The notes below the pieces were generated by a model, which did not search any database, had not been told where the DNA came from, and saw nothing but the letters and a program-made list of their open reading frames with translations. This document shows positions 31,389-48,783 of a stretch of DNA of 64,000 nucleotides, one piece after another. This DNA is from the human T2T-CHM13v2.0 reference genome, Homo sapiens: the NCBI RefSeq assembly GCF_009914755.1, contig NC_060931.1. One strand, written 5' to 3'. The stretch's first letter is position 1. The number at the start of each line of letters is the position of its first letter. The position numbers and the translations under genes were made by a program.

Positions 31389-32383
31389 CTACTGTACTCC
31401 AGCCTGCATGAGAGAGTGAGAACCTGTCTCAACAAACTCCAAAAACAAAACAAAAAAAATTGTCCCATTTAAGAGGTGAATGGTATTTCAGTACAGCTTT
31501 ACTTTATTTATTTATTATTTATTTTTGAGACAGAGTCTTGCTCTGTCACCCAGGCTGGAGTGCAGTGGCACAATCTTGGCTCACTGCAACCTCCGCCTCC
31601 CAGGTTCAAGCGCGCTCCTGAGTAGCTGGGATTACAGACGCGCGCCACCATGCGCAGCTCATTTTTGTATTTTTAGTAGAGACGGGGTTTCACCATGTTG
31701 GCTAGGCTGGTCTTGAACTCCTGACCTCGTGATCTGCCTGCCTTGGTCTCCCAAAGTGCTGGGATTACAGGCGTGAGCCACTGCACCAGGCCAGTTACTT
31801 TATTTTTTTAAAAATTAAAAATTAATTAATTTTTAAATTAATATATTTAATTCAGTAAGCATTAAGGGTTTAATTAGCTTAATTTTTCCTATTTCTTTTG
31901 AGACAGAGTCTTGCCCTGTCACCCAGGCTGGAGTGCAGTGGTGCTATCTCGGCTCAGTGTAATCTTTGCCCACTGCAATCGCTGCCTCCCGGGTTCAACT
32001 GATTCTCTTGTGTCAGTCTCCCGAGTAGCTGAGATTACAGGCATGTGCCATCATGTCCAGCAAATTTTTGTATTTTTAGTAGAGACGGGGTTTTGTCATG
32101 TTGGCCAGTCTGGTCTTGAACTCCTGACCTCAGGTGATCCACTCACTTTGGCCTCCCAAAGTGCTAGGATTACAGGCATGAGCCACCGCACCTGGCCTAC
32201 TTTCTATTATGAGGAAATTTGAGCATCTTTTCATGTGTTTTCCAGTTTTCCGGTTTATTAAGTTCCGCTCTTATCTTTATTAACGTCTATGTGCTCTCTC
32301 AGGTTTATAGGTTTATTTTATTGTTTGTTTTACAACTTCTGGAATTGGATTTCTAATTAATTTTATTTATTTATTTATTTTTT

Positions 32384-32670
32384 AGAGAGGGGCTCTTGCT
32401 ATGTTGCCCAGACTGGAGTTCAGTGGCTATTTACAGGTACAATCCTACTACTGATCTGCAGGGAGTTTTGACCTGCTTTGCTTCTGACCTGGGCAGGTTC
32501 ACCCGTCCTTAGACAATCTGGTGGTGCCCCGCTCCCAGGAGGTCCCTACATTGATGCCAAACTCAGTGCAGACACTGGATTGGCATAGTGCACTATAGCT
32601 CAGAATTCCTGGGCTCAAGTGATCCTCCCACCTCGGTAGCTGGGTCTGTAGGTGCGCCACCACACTTGGC
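32384..32670 (-). pseudogene. 7SL (SRP RNA) retrocopy
   Basis: Reverse complement includes the 7SL S-domain absent from Alu (GGCATCAATGT..GGGAGCGGGGCACCACCAG..GTCAGAAGCAAAGCAGGTCAAAACTCC) and an A-rich tail. Confidence 0.85.
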
Positions 32671-32714
32671 TGTTTATTTATTTTCATTCTTATTTATTGA
32701 CCTAATTACTTTAA

Positions 32715-32919
<205 letters not shown>

Positions 32920-33174
32920 TAGCTGGGATTATAGGCGTCTGCCACCACAACTGGCTAATTTTTGTATTTAGCAGAGATGGGGTTTTACCATGTTGGCCAG
33001 GCTGGTCTTGAACTCCTGACCTCAGGTAATCTGTCCACCTTAGCCTCCCAAAGTGCTAGGATTACAGGCGTGAGCAACCATGCCCGACTAGTGCCCTGTG
33101 TTTTGGACACTTCCTCATTCTTTGTCTTTCATGACCTTGACACGTTTGAAGACCACTGGCCAGTTACTTTGTAG

Positions 33175-33539
<365 letters not shown>

Positions 33540-33862
33540 TAGCCTTGGTCTTCATTTAATCTGAGATGAACAGTGGATGGAAGCATCTTTTTTTTTTTAG
33601 ATGGAGTCTCACACTGTCTCCCAGGCTGGAGTGCAGTGGCACGATCTCAGCTCACTGCAACCTCCATCTCCCGGTTCAAGCAATTCTCCTACCTCAGCCT
33701 CCCAAGTAGCTGGGATTACAGGCACCCGCCACCACACCCAGCTAATTTTTGTATTTTTAGTAGAGATCGGGTTTTGCCATGTTGGTCAGGCTGATCTTGA
33801 ACTCCTGACCTCAGGTGATCCTCCCGCCTCAGCCTCCCACCGTGTTGGGATTACAGGTGTGA

Positions 33863-34108
<246 letters not shown>

Positions 34109-34322
34109 TAGTCTCGAACTCCTGACCTGAAGTGATCCACCTGCCTCGGCTTCCCAAAGTGCTGGGATTACAGGCGTGAGCCACCACGCCTGGCCGGAAG
34201 CATCTTAAAATGTAAAACTGCAGATGCAGGTTTAGCAATTTAGACGCTTGCACCCAAGATGCACGTATTACTAGAGCAATGCCAAACAAATGTGATTCTG
34301 TGGGGTTTCTGTTTGATTTTTA

Positions 34323-34634
<312 letters not shown>

Positions 34635-34762
34635 CTAAGGCATGGCAAATAAGATTTAAAAATTCTGTTGTACAATACTATGTCACATCTCAATGTGACT
34701 TAAATGTAGGAATTATAACCAGGATGTCCTTCAGTCCTTGGATTTCTCCAGCCTTCATTTGT

Positions 34763-35169
34763 TGATATAGTTTGGATGTTTGTCCTTTCCAGATTGCACG
34801 TCGAGATGTAATCCCCAGTGTTGGAGATGAGCCCTGGTTGGAGGTATTTGGCTTATGGGGGTGGATCTCTCATGAATGGTTCAGTGCCAACCCCTTGGTG
34901 CTGTTTCTGCAATAGTGAGTGGGATCTGGTTGTTTAAGAGTGTGGCACCTCCCTCCCGCACTCTCTCTTGCTCTCTCTCTTGCCCTGTGACATGCCAGCT
35001 ACCCTTCAACTTCCCCTGTAAGTGGAAGCTTCCTGAGGTCCTCACCAGAAGCAAATGCTGGCACCGTGCTTCCTGTACAGCCTGCAGAACCGTGAGCCAA
35101 ATAAACTTTTTTTCTTTATAAATCACCCAGTCTTAGGCATTTATAGCAATGCAAGAATGGCCTAACACG
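34763..35169 (+). mobile_element. MaLR solo LTR (MST-like)
   Basis: Starts TGATATAGTTTGGATG, ends CCTAACACG; AATAAA near the end; 5-bp TSD TTTGT on both sides. Confidence 0.8.
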
Positions 35170-35572
35170 TTTGTTTTGCAACTGTGAGTGTGAATCAACA
35201 TATTGGTTCTTTTCAATGCTCAAAACATTGTGCTTTAATTGTGAGACACATAAGGCTGGCATATGGGTTGCCAAAATTATGATTCTTGAAAGTCCTGGCA
35301 GATATTTCAAAGTAAAATAATGAAAATTTATAGAAAGGAATTGAGGAATAAAAGAATTTAAATAAGAATAAGTTTAATAAATTTAAGTAAGAATTTAAGG
35401 CCAGGCGTGGTGACTCATGCCTGTAATCCAGCATTTGGGAGGCCGAGGTGTGTGGATCACCTGAGGTCAGGAGTGTGAGACCAGCCTGGCCAACATGGCC
35501 AAACCCCGTCTCTACTAAAAATACAAAAATTAGCCGGGCATGATGGCAGGTGCCTGTAATCCCAGCTGCTCA

Positions 35573-36045
<473 letters not shown>

Positions 36046-37725
36046 CTATTTTTTTCTTTTTAAGGGACAGGGTCTTGCTCTGTCACCCAGGCTGTAGTAC
36101 AGTGGCATAATCATAGCTCACTGCAGCCTCAAACTCCTGGGCTCAAGTGAGCCTCCCACCTCAGCCTCCCCAGTAGCTGGGACTACAGGTGTGTGCCACC
36201 CCGCTGGGCTAATTTTTGCATTTTTTGTAGAGAAGGGGTCTTGCTATGTTGCCCAGGCTGGTCTCGAACTCGTGAGCTCAAGCAATCTGCCCGCCTCAGC
36301 CTCCCAAAGTGCTGGGATTACAGAAGTGAGCCACTGTGTCTGGTCTACGTTTTTATTTTAAATTGAGCATTAAGGGAATGCAGTCTTTTAATCAGAACTC
36401 TGCCAATGCTTTTTATCTAGATGCCTATTGCCACTTTTGTCTTCTATGAAATTTTTGTCTCAAGAAAAGCAGGATTACATTTTTTTTCCTTAACAGATTG
36501 AGTTGGTGATGTGTATTCTTGGTTACCAAAATGCTCACATAGCTTTAGGTTTTGAATGGGTAAATATTCATGATGCGTGAAAAAGCATAATACGTATTGT
36601 GTGATCTCAGTCCTATGAGATTGGATGTTCTGCCTACACCCAGGACCCTAGAAGGAATGTCAAGCTGTAAAATGCTGGTGATTGCGGATGACTTTGTTTT
36701 TTGCTTCCTGTTTTTCAATTTCCTTTTTTTTTTTTTTTTTTTTTTTAGGCGGAGTCTCGCTCTGTTACCCAGGCTGAAGTGCAATGACGCAGTCTTGGCT
36801 CACTGCAACCTCCGCCTCTTGAGCTCAAGCGATTCTCCTGCCTCAGCCTCCTGAATAGCTGGGATTACAGGCACATGCCACCACACCCGGCTAATTTTTG
36901 TAATTTTAGTAGAGATGAGGTTTCACCATGTGGGCCAGGCTGGTCTTGAATTCCTGACTTCAGGTGATCCACCCGCCTCGGCCTCCCAAAGTGCTATGAT
37001 TACAGGCATGAGCCACTGTGCCCGGCCTATTTCTTCTATCTAATTGTATTTTTGTAGCTATCAACCAACCTCTCTTCACTGCCCCCTCCCTACACTCTGA
37101 TAACTGTCAGTCTACTCTACCTCCACGAGGTTCTTCCTTTTTTTTTTTTTCTGAGACAGAGTCTTGCTCTGTTGCCCAGGCTGGAGAGCAGTGGCATGAT
37201 GTTGGCTCACTGCAACCTCCGCCTCCTGGGAGTCAAGTGATTCTCCTGCCTCAGCATCCCGAGTAGCTGGGATTACAGGTGTGCAGCACCATGCCCGGCT
37301 AATTTTTGTATTTTTAGTAGAGATGGGGTTTCACCATGTTGGCCAGGATGGTCTCAAACTCCTGACCTCAAATGATCTGCCCCCCTCGGTCCCCAAAGTG
37401 CTGGGATTACAGGCATGAGTCTCACTGGCGTGAGAATTTAGAAGCACCTCTCCCACCCGCGCCCAGCTGGCCTCTTCTAGAATTTTATATAAATGGAATA
37501 GTCATATTGTCTACTATTTGACTTTTTTCACTATCCTAATGTTGTTGCAATTCTTCCAAGTCAGTTCACATATATTTCATTCCTTCTTATTGCCAAAGAG
37601 GATTCCATTGTATGGATATACCAAAATTTATCCTTTCACTATCTGATAACCTCCCTTCTTAATTTTTAGCTGTTATAATTAGTACACTCAAAACTTGTGT
37701 GTGTATACATGTTCATTTCTCTTCA

Positions 37726-38417
<692 letters not shown>

Positions 38418-39099
38418 TCAGTGCCACCATGAGCTTGTCAGGTAAACGTCCAAAGAGAGAGGGAGGAAAGAAAAAAAATATTTTAGCCACCTAGAATTAC
38501 AAGTAGTTCTACACATTTTACTTAAAAAAAGAAGGAAAAAAGGTACTGATTATCTCGCGGTGGGGGGCGTCCCCAGAGAGGCTGCTGGTTGGAGACACAG
38601 GGCGCCTTTCCTCTTCCCACTTTCCCTCTTGTCAGCCAGAGACAAAGAACTCAGGCTTCAGGTGGCTCAAAACGTAAAGGAAGAAAAAAAAAGAAAAAAA
38701 AGAAGCCGGGCACAGTGGCTCACGCCTGTAATCCCAGCATTGGGAGGCTGAGGTGGGCAGATCATGAGGTCAGGAGTTCGAGACCAGCCTGACCAACATG
38801 GTGAAACCCCGTCTCTACTAAAAATACAAAAATTAGCTGGGCATGGTGGTGGAAGGTAATCGCCATTGCACACCAGGCTGGGCAGCAAGAGTGAAACTCT
38901 GTCTCAAGAAAAAAAAAAAAAAAAGAGAGAGAGAGAGAGACTGCTGCTTCAGGAAGTTAGAAGTCCAAGAAAAAAAGGAGAACTTTAAACTTTAAGTATT
39001 GAGCAAACACCAGGTCTAGCAAACATAATGTTATCTCTAGATTACTTATTGATTAATGAGCAAACCTGTAGGTACAGGGAGAAAATAAAAGGTGACTAA

Positions 39100-39560
39100 C
39101 TAAATTATATATACATATAAAATATACATACATAATATATGTGATATAATACATATATTACTGTATAATATATACATATGTACACATATGTGTGTATATA
39201 TATTAATATATAATACATTATATATTATTATATGTACCATATAGGTATACTACATGTATATTCTATACACATTATATATGTATATATAATTTATCTAGTC
39301 ACCTTTTATTTTCTCCTTGTACCTAGAGGTACAATATATATGGTTAAATATATTGTATATATTATATACAATATATTATATATGTAGATATGTATACCTT
39401 ATATGTACATATGTATATTATATGTAACAATATATATGTAGATATGTATACCTTATATGTACATATGTATATTATATGTAATACATTATATGTATTATAC
39501 ATATATAATATACATATGATACATATATAATATTTTAATATAAATATAAACAGATAAATT
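39100..39560. repeat. AT-rich (TA/TACA) low-complexity tract with an internal ~51-bp direct duplication (39377-39427 and 39431-39481)
   Basis: Direct reading of the sequence. Confidence 0.9.
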
Positions 39561-39695
39561 TAGTATACAATATATTTTCCATAGTTTGATTCAACTGGAA
39601 ATTCAAAATTCATATAACAAAAATATAAAAAAGGACACTGGGTTTTGTGCCTCTACAATGTAGGTTCTAACTTTAACCTTTCAAAAAATGCACTA

Positions 39696-40019
<324 letters not shown>

Positions 40020-40639
40020 CTACATACCAGATGCCAGACAACATCACCCCAAAATCTCACTGCTGTAGATGCCATCATCTCAGACGACATCACCCCAACC
40101 CAGGGCCTTGACACTAGAGATGACTTCACCCCTTACGCTAAACCTTCACTCCTTGGGTGGTAAACCTAGGTCACGCCCATGGATTCACCTCTCCTAAGAC
40201 ACAAATGGACATAGGACATTTTTACTTTTCTTTCTGAACTCCCTGCCTGCATAGGCTATGATCTTAGTACGCTGCTTGCTCTCTGCTCACATCCATCCCT
40301 AAAAGAAACTCTGGCCATGTGCAAGCCAATCTGGAAGCCATGCCAGTGTGTGACAGCATCATTACACTCTGCTCTAGGTCCAGAGTTGATCTGTTCCCTT
40401 GGCGCCACCCTAGGCGGTGGAGTGGGTGGCTGTGCATGGGATTTCAGGTCAACTGGGTGCCTTCATATGCTTCAACTGTTTACGCTCATCCAAGGCCTTA
40501 CTCAGCATGGCACGTAGCCCAGACTTCTCTGATAGCCTTTAATATCCACACCATTCGAACGGTACCCGTTGGAATATGCACAAGGTCTCATGCCTAGGTC
40601 AGTGGTATTAGGAACAACAGACCAAAGGTTGCTGGCTAG

Positions 40640-40933
<294 letters not shown>

Positions 40934-41350
40934 TGACCAGGCCTGGCTAATTTTTATATTTTTAGTAGAGATGGGGTTTCACCAGGCTGGCCAGGTCTCG
41001 AACTCTCTACCTCCACGAGGTTCTTTCTTTCTTTCTTTCTTTGAGAGAGTCTTGCCCTGTTGCCCAGGCCTCGAACTCCTGACCTCAAGTCTCAAACTCT
41101 TCTCTTCAAGTGATCCACCCGTCTCGGCCTCTTGGCCTCCCAAATTGCTGGGATTATGGGCATGAACCACCGCGCCCAGCCCCCACCACTTTCTTTAAGT
41201 GGAGCATTTAGACATCTGCCCTTGAACTTCAAGTGACTGGCACTGTATTCCCCTCTCTATATATGTACTGCTAGTTGCCACATGCTCTCTCCACTTGACT
41301 CTACTCCTATTCTCTCTTTCTCTACTTGACCTGGGGATGGAGGACTGTTC

Positions 41351-41422
41351 TCCTAACTCATGGTGCCCTCCTGACTCATGGTGTTTTCCCAACTCATGGT
41401 GCCCTCCTGACTCATGGTGCCC
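41351..41422 (+). repeat. 18-bp minisatellite x4 (TCCTGACTCATGGTGCCC)
   Basis: Four consecutive units with few substitutions. Confidence 0.9.
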
Positions 41423-41443
41423 TTCCTGCCTAGGAGGCCCTTA

Positions 41444-41883
<440 letters not shown>

Positions 41884-41953
41884 GGTGAGACTCCATCTCT
41901 ATAAAATAATAATAATAAAAAGAAATCTTTGAACTTGTTTCCTATTGTGATGG

Positions 41954-43258
<1,305 letters not shown>

Positions 43259-43676
43259 GTGCTTTCCTGAATTTTCAACTTCCATCTGAAGAACTAGGGG
43301 AAATCTGAGGCTGGGTTTTCCCTGGGGCGCCTGGGGGAACATAAGATTGGGCTCCCAGAGCCAGAGAGACCATCCAGCAGGCATAAACTGGACGTGGTGG
43401 GTCACACAAAAGCCACGAGGTGTCTGCCAGTATAAGCAAGTTTCCCAAGTAAGGGACCTTTAGGGATCCCTAAGCATTAGGCCATCCATTAGGTAAATAA
43501 GTATCCTGTGAAAAGCCCGCTGTGAACACTACACCCAGCTTCCCTTCATTTCTCCTTAAAGCAGGTTTGCTAGCCGCTCTGCTACTGAGACCCTCATGTA
43601 GCTCTCAAAGCAGGGTGTCTTTCCATGTTCTTGCTCGCCCCGCTCCCCAGTAGCTTGGGCCTGCCGTGGCTGGTTA

Positions 43677-45123
<1,447 letters not shown>

Positions 45124-45330
45124 AAAGAAGCAACCCATGAAAGGGACACTGCAAACACCATGTCCTTCATTTCCCATTAAAGCAGGGTTACTAGCTGCTC
45201 TGCTACGGAAACCCCCATTTAGTTGGGGGCTTTCAAAGCAAGATCTCTTCCCATGTTCTTGCTTTCCTCACCCTGCCAACAGCTTGGGACTGTTCTTGTG
45301 GGTTACTTGGTGTGAGGCTCATGGTAGAGG

Positions 45331-46348
45331 TGTTACAGGAAAGGAGTCCCAATCCAGACCCTTCAAGAGAGGGTTCTTGGATTTTGCATAAGAATTCAGG
45401 GTGAGTCCGTAAAGTGAAAGCAAGTTTATTAGGAAAATAAAGAAATAAAATAATGGCCTTTCCATAGACAAAGCAGCCCTGAGGGTGGCTGGTTGACCAT
45501 TTTTATGGTTGTTTCTTGATGACATGCTAAACAAGGGGTGGATTATTCATGCCTCCTCTTTTTAGACCATATAGCGTAATTTCCTGACGTTGCCATGGCA
45601 TTTGTAAACTGTCATGGCGCTGGTGGGAGTGTAGCAGTGAGGACGACCAGAGGTCACTCTCTTCACCATCTTGGTTTTGGTGGGTTTTGGCCGGCTTCTT
45701 TACTGAAACTAAGGGAGGAGACCACCCTTCATATTGTCTTATGCCCAATTTCTGCCTCCAAAGAAAGAAGAAGTAAAAACTAAAAGGCAGAAATGAAATC
45801 CACATTTCATTTCTAAAAGACAGCCCAGTGCCACACACTGGGCCTGGTTGTTAAAGATTGACCCCTGACCTAATTGGTTATGTTATCTATAGATTACAGC
45901 TATTGTATAGAAAAGCACTGTGAAAATCCCTGTCCTGTTCCATTCTAATTACCGGTGCATGCAGCCCCCAGTCACGTACCCTCTGCTTGCTCAATCAATC
46001 ACGACCCTCTCATGCAGACCCGCTTAGAATTGTGAGCTCTTAAAAGGGACAGGAATTGCTGACTCAGAGAGCTCGGTTGTTGGAGACGTGAGTCTTGCTG
46101 AAGCTCCTGGCTGAATAAAGCCCTTTCTTCTTTAACTCAGTGTCTGAGGGGTTGTGTCCGCGGCTTGTCCTGCTACAAAACCTGTTTCATCAGCAAGGTC
46201 TTTATGACCTGTATCTTGTGCCGACCTTCTATTTCATCCTGTGACTTAGAATGCCTTAACCATCTGAGAATGCACCCAGTAGGTCTCAGCCTCATTTTAC
46301 CCAGTTCCTATTCAAGATGGAGTTGCTCTGGTTCACCTGCCTCTGACA
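45331..46348 (-). mobile_element. MER41A-like solo LTR (antisense), split by an LTR2-family LTR
   Basis: TGTTAC...CTCTGACA termini with 4-bp TSD GAGG. Confidence 0.8.
45710..46177 (+). mobile_element. LTR2-family (HERV-E type) solo LTR
   Basis: Starts TAAGGGAGGAGACCACCC, ends GTCCTGCTACA; 4-bp TSD AAAC at 45706-45709 and 46178-46181. Confidence 0.75.
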
Positions 46349-46659
46349 GAGGCATGGTATTCCATTTCTTCAGGGCTAGTCTCTGTCTCAGGCAAGTTTT
46401 TTGCTCCTGGGTCTTGGGGATGGAATTTCTCAGCATATCTGTCCTTCCTCGTGGCAGCCAAACTTTTCCTTTTGTCTTTGGGTTGGTGGGGGTTTTGGCA
46501 GGACAGAATTTCTCATCCCTACTCCCATGGTGGCTGACCTCTCTGTATCTGTGCAGGCTTCTGAGTGCAAGCAGCTGTCCTCCCCTCCACCAGGGCACTC
46601 AGCTTTGCCTCTAGTTCTTCTTCAGCAGCAGCTAGCTTGGAAAGGAGAGCAGGAGGATG

Positions 46660-47710
46660 TGTAACCACCTGAGAGGTTCTTCTTGCCTGCTGCGTAAAGA
46701 AACACCATGGCATTGTAGTAGAGAAAGAGTTTAATAGACACAAGGCTCGCCATGCCACATGGGAGATGGAGTTAGCATTCAAATCATCTTGTCCAAAGCT
46801 TGTATGTTAGGGGTGTCATGGGAAAACGACAGCTGGTGGTGTGGGGTAAAAGAATTTGTGAAGACAGTTGTAAGTAAAGGAAGCCAAATTTATTAGACAA
46901 AGTAGGAAAATACACTGCCAGAGAGATAATGGGCTACCAGCAGAAGAGAAACTGACTGCAAAAAACAAAGACTCGCTGGAGATTTTATAGGGTAGTGTTT
47001 ATGCTCTCTGTTGAAGAGGGCTTTATGTAGTACTGATAACATCAAAGTTGCAGTGAGCTAACTTGCAGGTGTCTGGTGATAGCTGGGTGCAGGAAAGGTT
47101 GTAAGTTACTTGTGCAGGAGGGCTGTGTGTCCTGGATCATGAAGAAAGACAGACTTGTTGCTTATCTGCTTTCTCTTTTTGCTTTCTCTTGGTTCCACCA
47201 GCCTGGTTCCCTTTCCCTAATTAGGACTCCACAAAGGGATGAGGGTGGCCAGGTAATAGGTGCTTGCTGCTGATTGGTTGGGGTGGAGATGAAATTCTGC
47301 CTCCTGCAGGCAGAATTGCTTCTGGGCAGGGCCACAGGGGTGGGTTTGGTGGGGGATTCAGGTGGGTTCAGGTGGAGCCATGGATGTCTGACATGCAAAA
47401 ATCCTGAAAAGACATCTCAAAAGGCCAATCTTAGGACTCAAGCTCCTCTCCTCCAAGCCTGATGGTCTCCCATTGGCTTTACAAAAGGCTTTGGGGAGGA
47501 GAGGAGTTTCAGGGCAAGGCCTGTTATCATTTAAATGATAACCTAAAATGTCTTCCAAAGTTAGCTTGGCCCAATAGCCCCCAAATAATCAAGGGAAAGG
47601 CAAGGTGGTGCAGGTGGAGGGTGTTAACTCTGCTTACTATTATAATTTTTCTCAGTGATAAAATTTTCACAAAGGCAGTTTTAGGTAGACTACTGATCAC
47701 TGTCAACTGA
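46660..47710 (-). mobile_element. Older ERV1-class LTR fragments, probably two nested elements
   Basis: TGTAACCACCTGAGAGGTTC start and LTR-like composition; family not determined. Confidence 0.45.
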
Positions 47711-47872
47711 TGTGTTGACAAAAAGAGTTAAACTCTAAAATATTTAAAGAGATTTATGCTGAGCCAAATATGAGTGACCAAGGCCCATGACATAGCCCCT
47801 AAAAGTCCTAAGAACAGGTGCCCAAGGTGGTTGGTTTACAGCTTTTATACATTTTATTTTATTTTATTTTAG

Positions 47873-48079
<207 letters not shown>

Positions 48080-48366
48080 TGATCCTCCTGCCTTGGCCTC
48101 CCAAAGCGCTGGGATTACAGGCATGAGCCAGCACCCCTGGCCAATTTTTTTTTTTGAGAGGGAGTCTTTCTCTGTTGCCCAGGCTGGAGTGCAGTGGCAC
48201 AATCTCAGCTCACTGTAACCTCTGCCTCCTGGGCTCAAGTGATCTCCTGCCTCAGCCTCCTGAGTAGCTGGGATTACAGGTGCCCACCACTATACCTGTT
48301 AATTTTTGTATTCTTAGTAGAGATGAGGTTGCACCATGTTGGCCAGGCTGGTTTCAAACTCCTGAC

Positions 48367-48763
48367 TGTCAGGCCTCTGAGCCAAAGCTAAGCCATCATA
48401 TCCCCTGTGACCTGCACGTATACATCCAGATGGCCTGAAGTAACTGAAGAATGACAAAAGAAGTGAAAATGGCCTTTTCCTGCCTTAACTGATGACATTA
48501 CCTTCTGAAATTCCTTTTCCTGGCTCATCCTGGCTCAAAAGCTCCCCCACTGAGCACCTTGTGATCCCCACCCCTGCCCACCAGAGAACCCCCCTTTGAC
48601 TGTAATTTTCCTTTACCTACCCAAATCTTAAAAAATGGCCCCACCCCATCTCCCTTCGTTGACTCTCTTTTCGGACTCAGCCTGCCTGTACCCAGGTGGT
48701 TAAAAAGCTTTATTGCTCACACAAAGCCTGTTTGGTGGTCTCTACACACGGACGTGAGTGAAA
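48367..48763 (+). mobile_element. HERV-H 5' LTR (LTR7 family, LTR7B-like)
   Basis: TGTCAGGCCTCTGAGCC...GTGAGTGAAA. Confidence 0.9.
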
Positions 48764-48765
48764 TT

Positions 48766-48783
48766 TGGTACCGTGACTCAGAT
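48766..48783 (+). other. Primer-binding site complementary to the tRNA-His 3' end
   Basis: TGGTACCGTGACTCAGAT versus TGGTGCCGTGACTCGGAT (2 mismatches). Confidence 0.85.

Noticed and set aside
32384-32670. Possible functional SRP RNA gene
   Set aside because: Many substitutions and deletions plus an A-rich tail; called a retropseudogene instead
41351-41422. Regularly spaced repeats resembling a CRISPR array
   Set aside because: Units are contiguous with no unique spacers; eukaryotic DNA with no cas genes
48766-48783. tRNA-His-related sequence
   Set aside because: Only the 18-nt retroviral primer-binding site, not a tRNA gene
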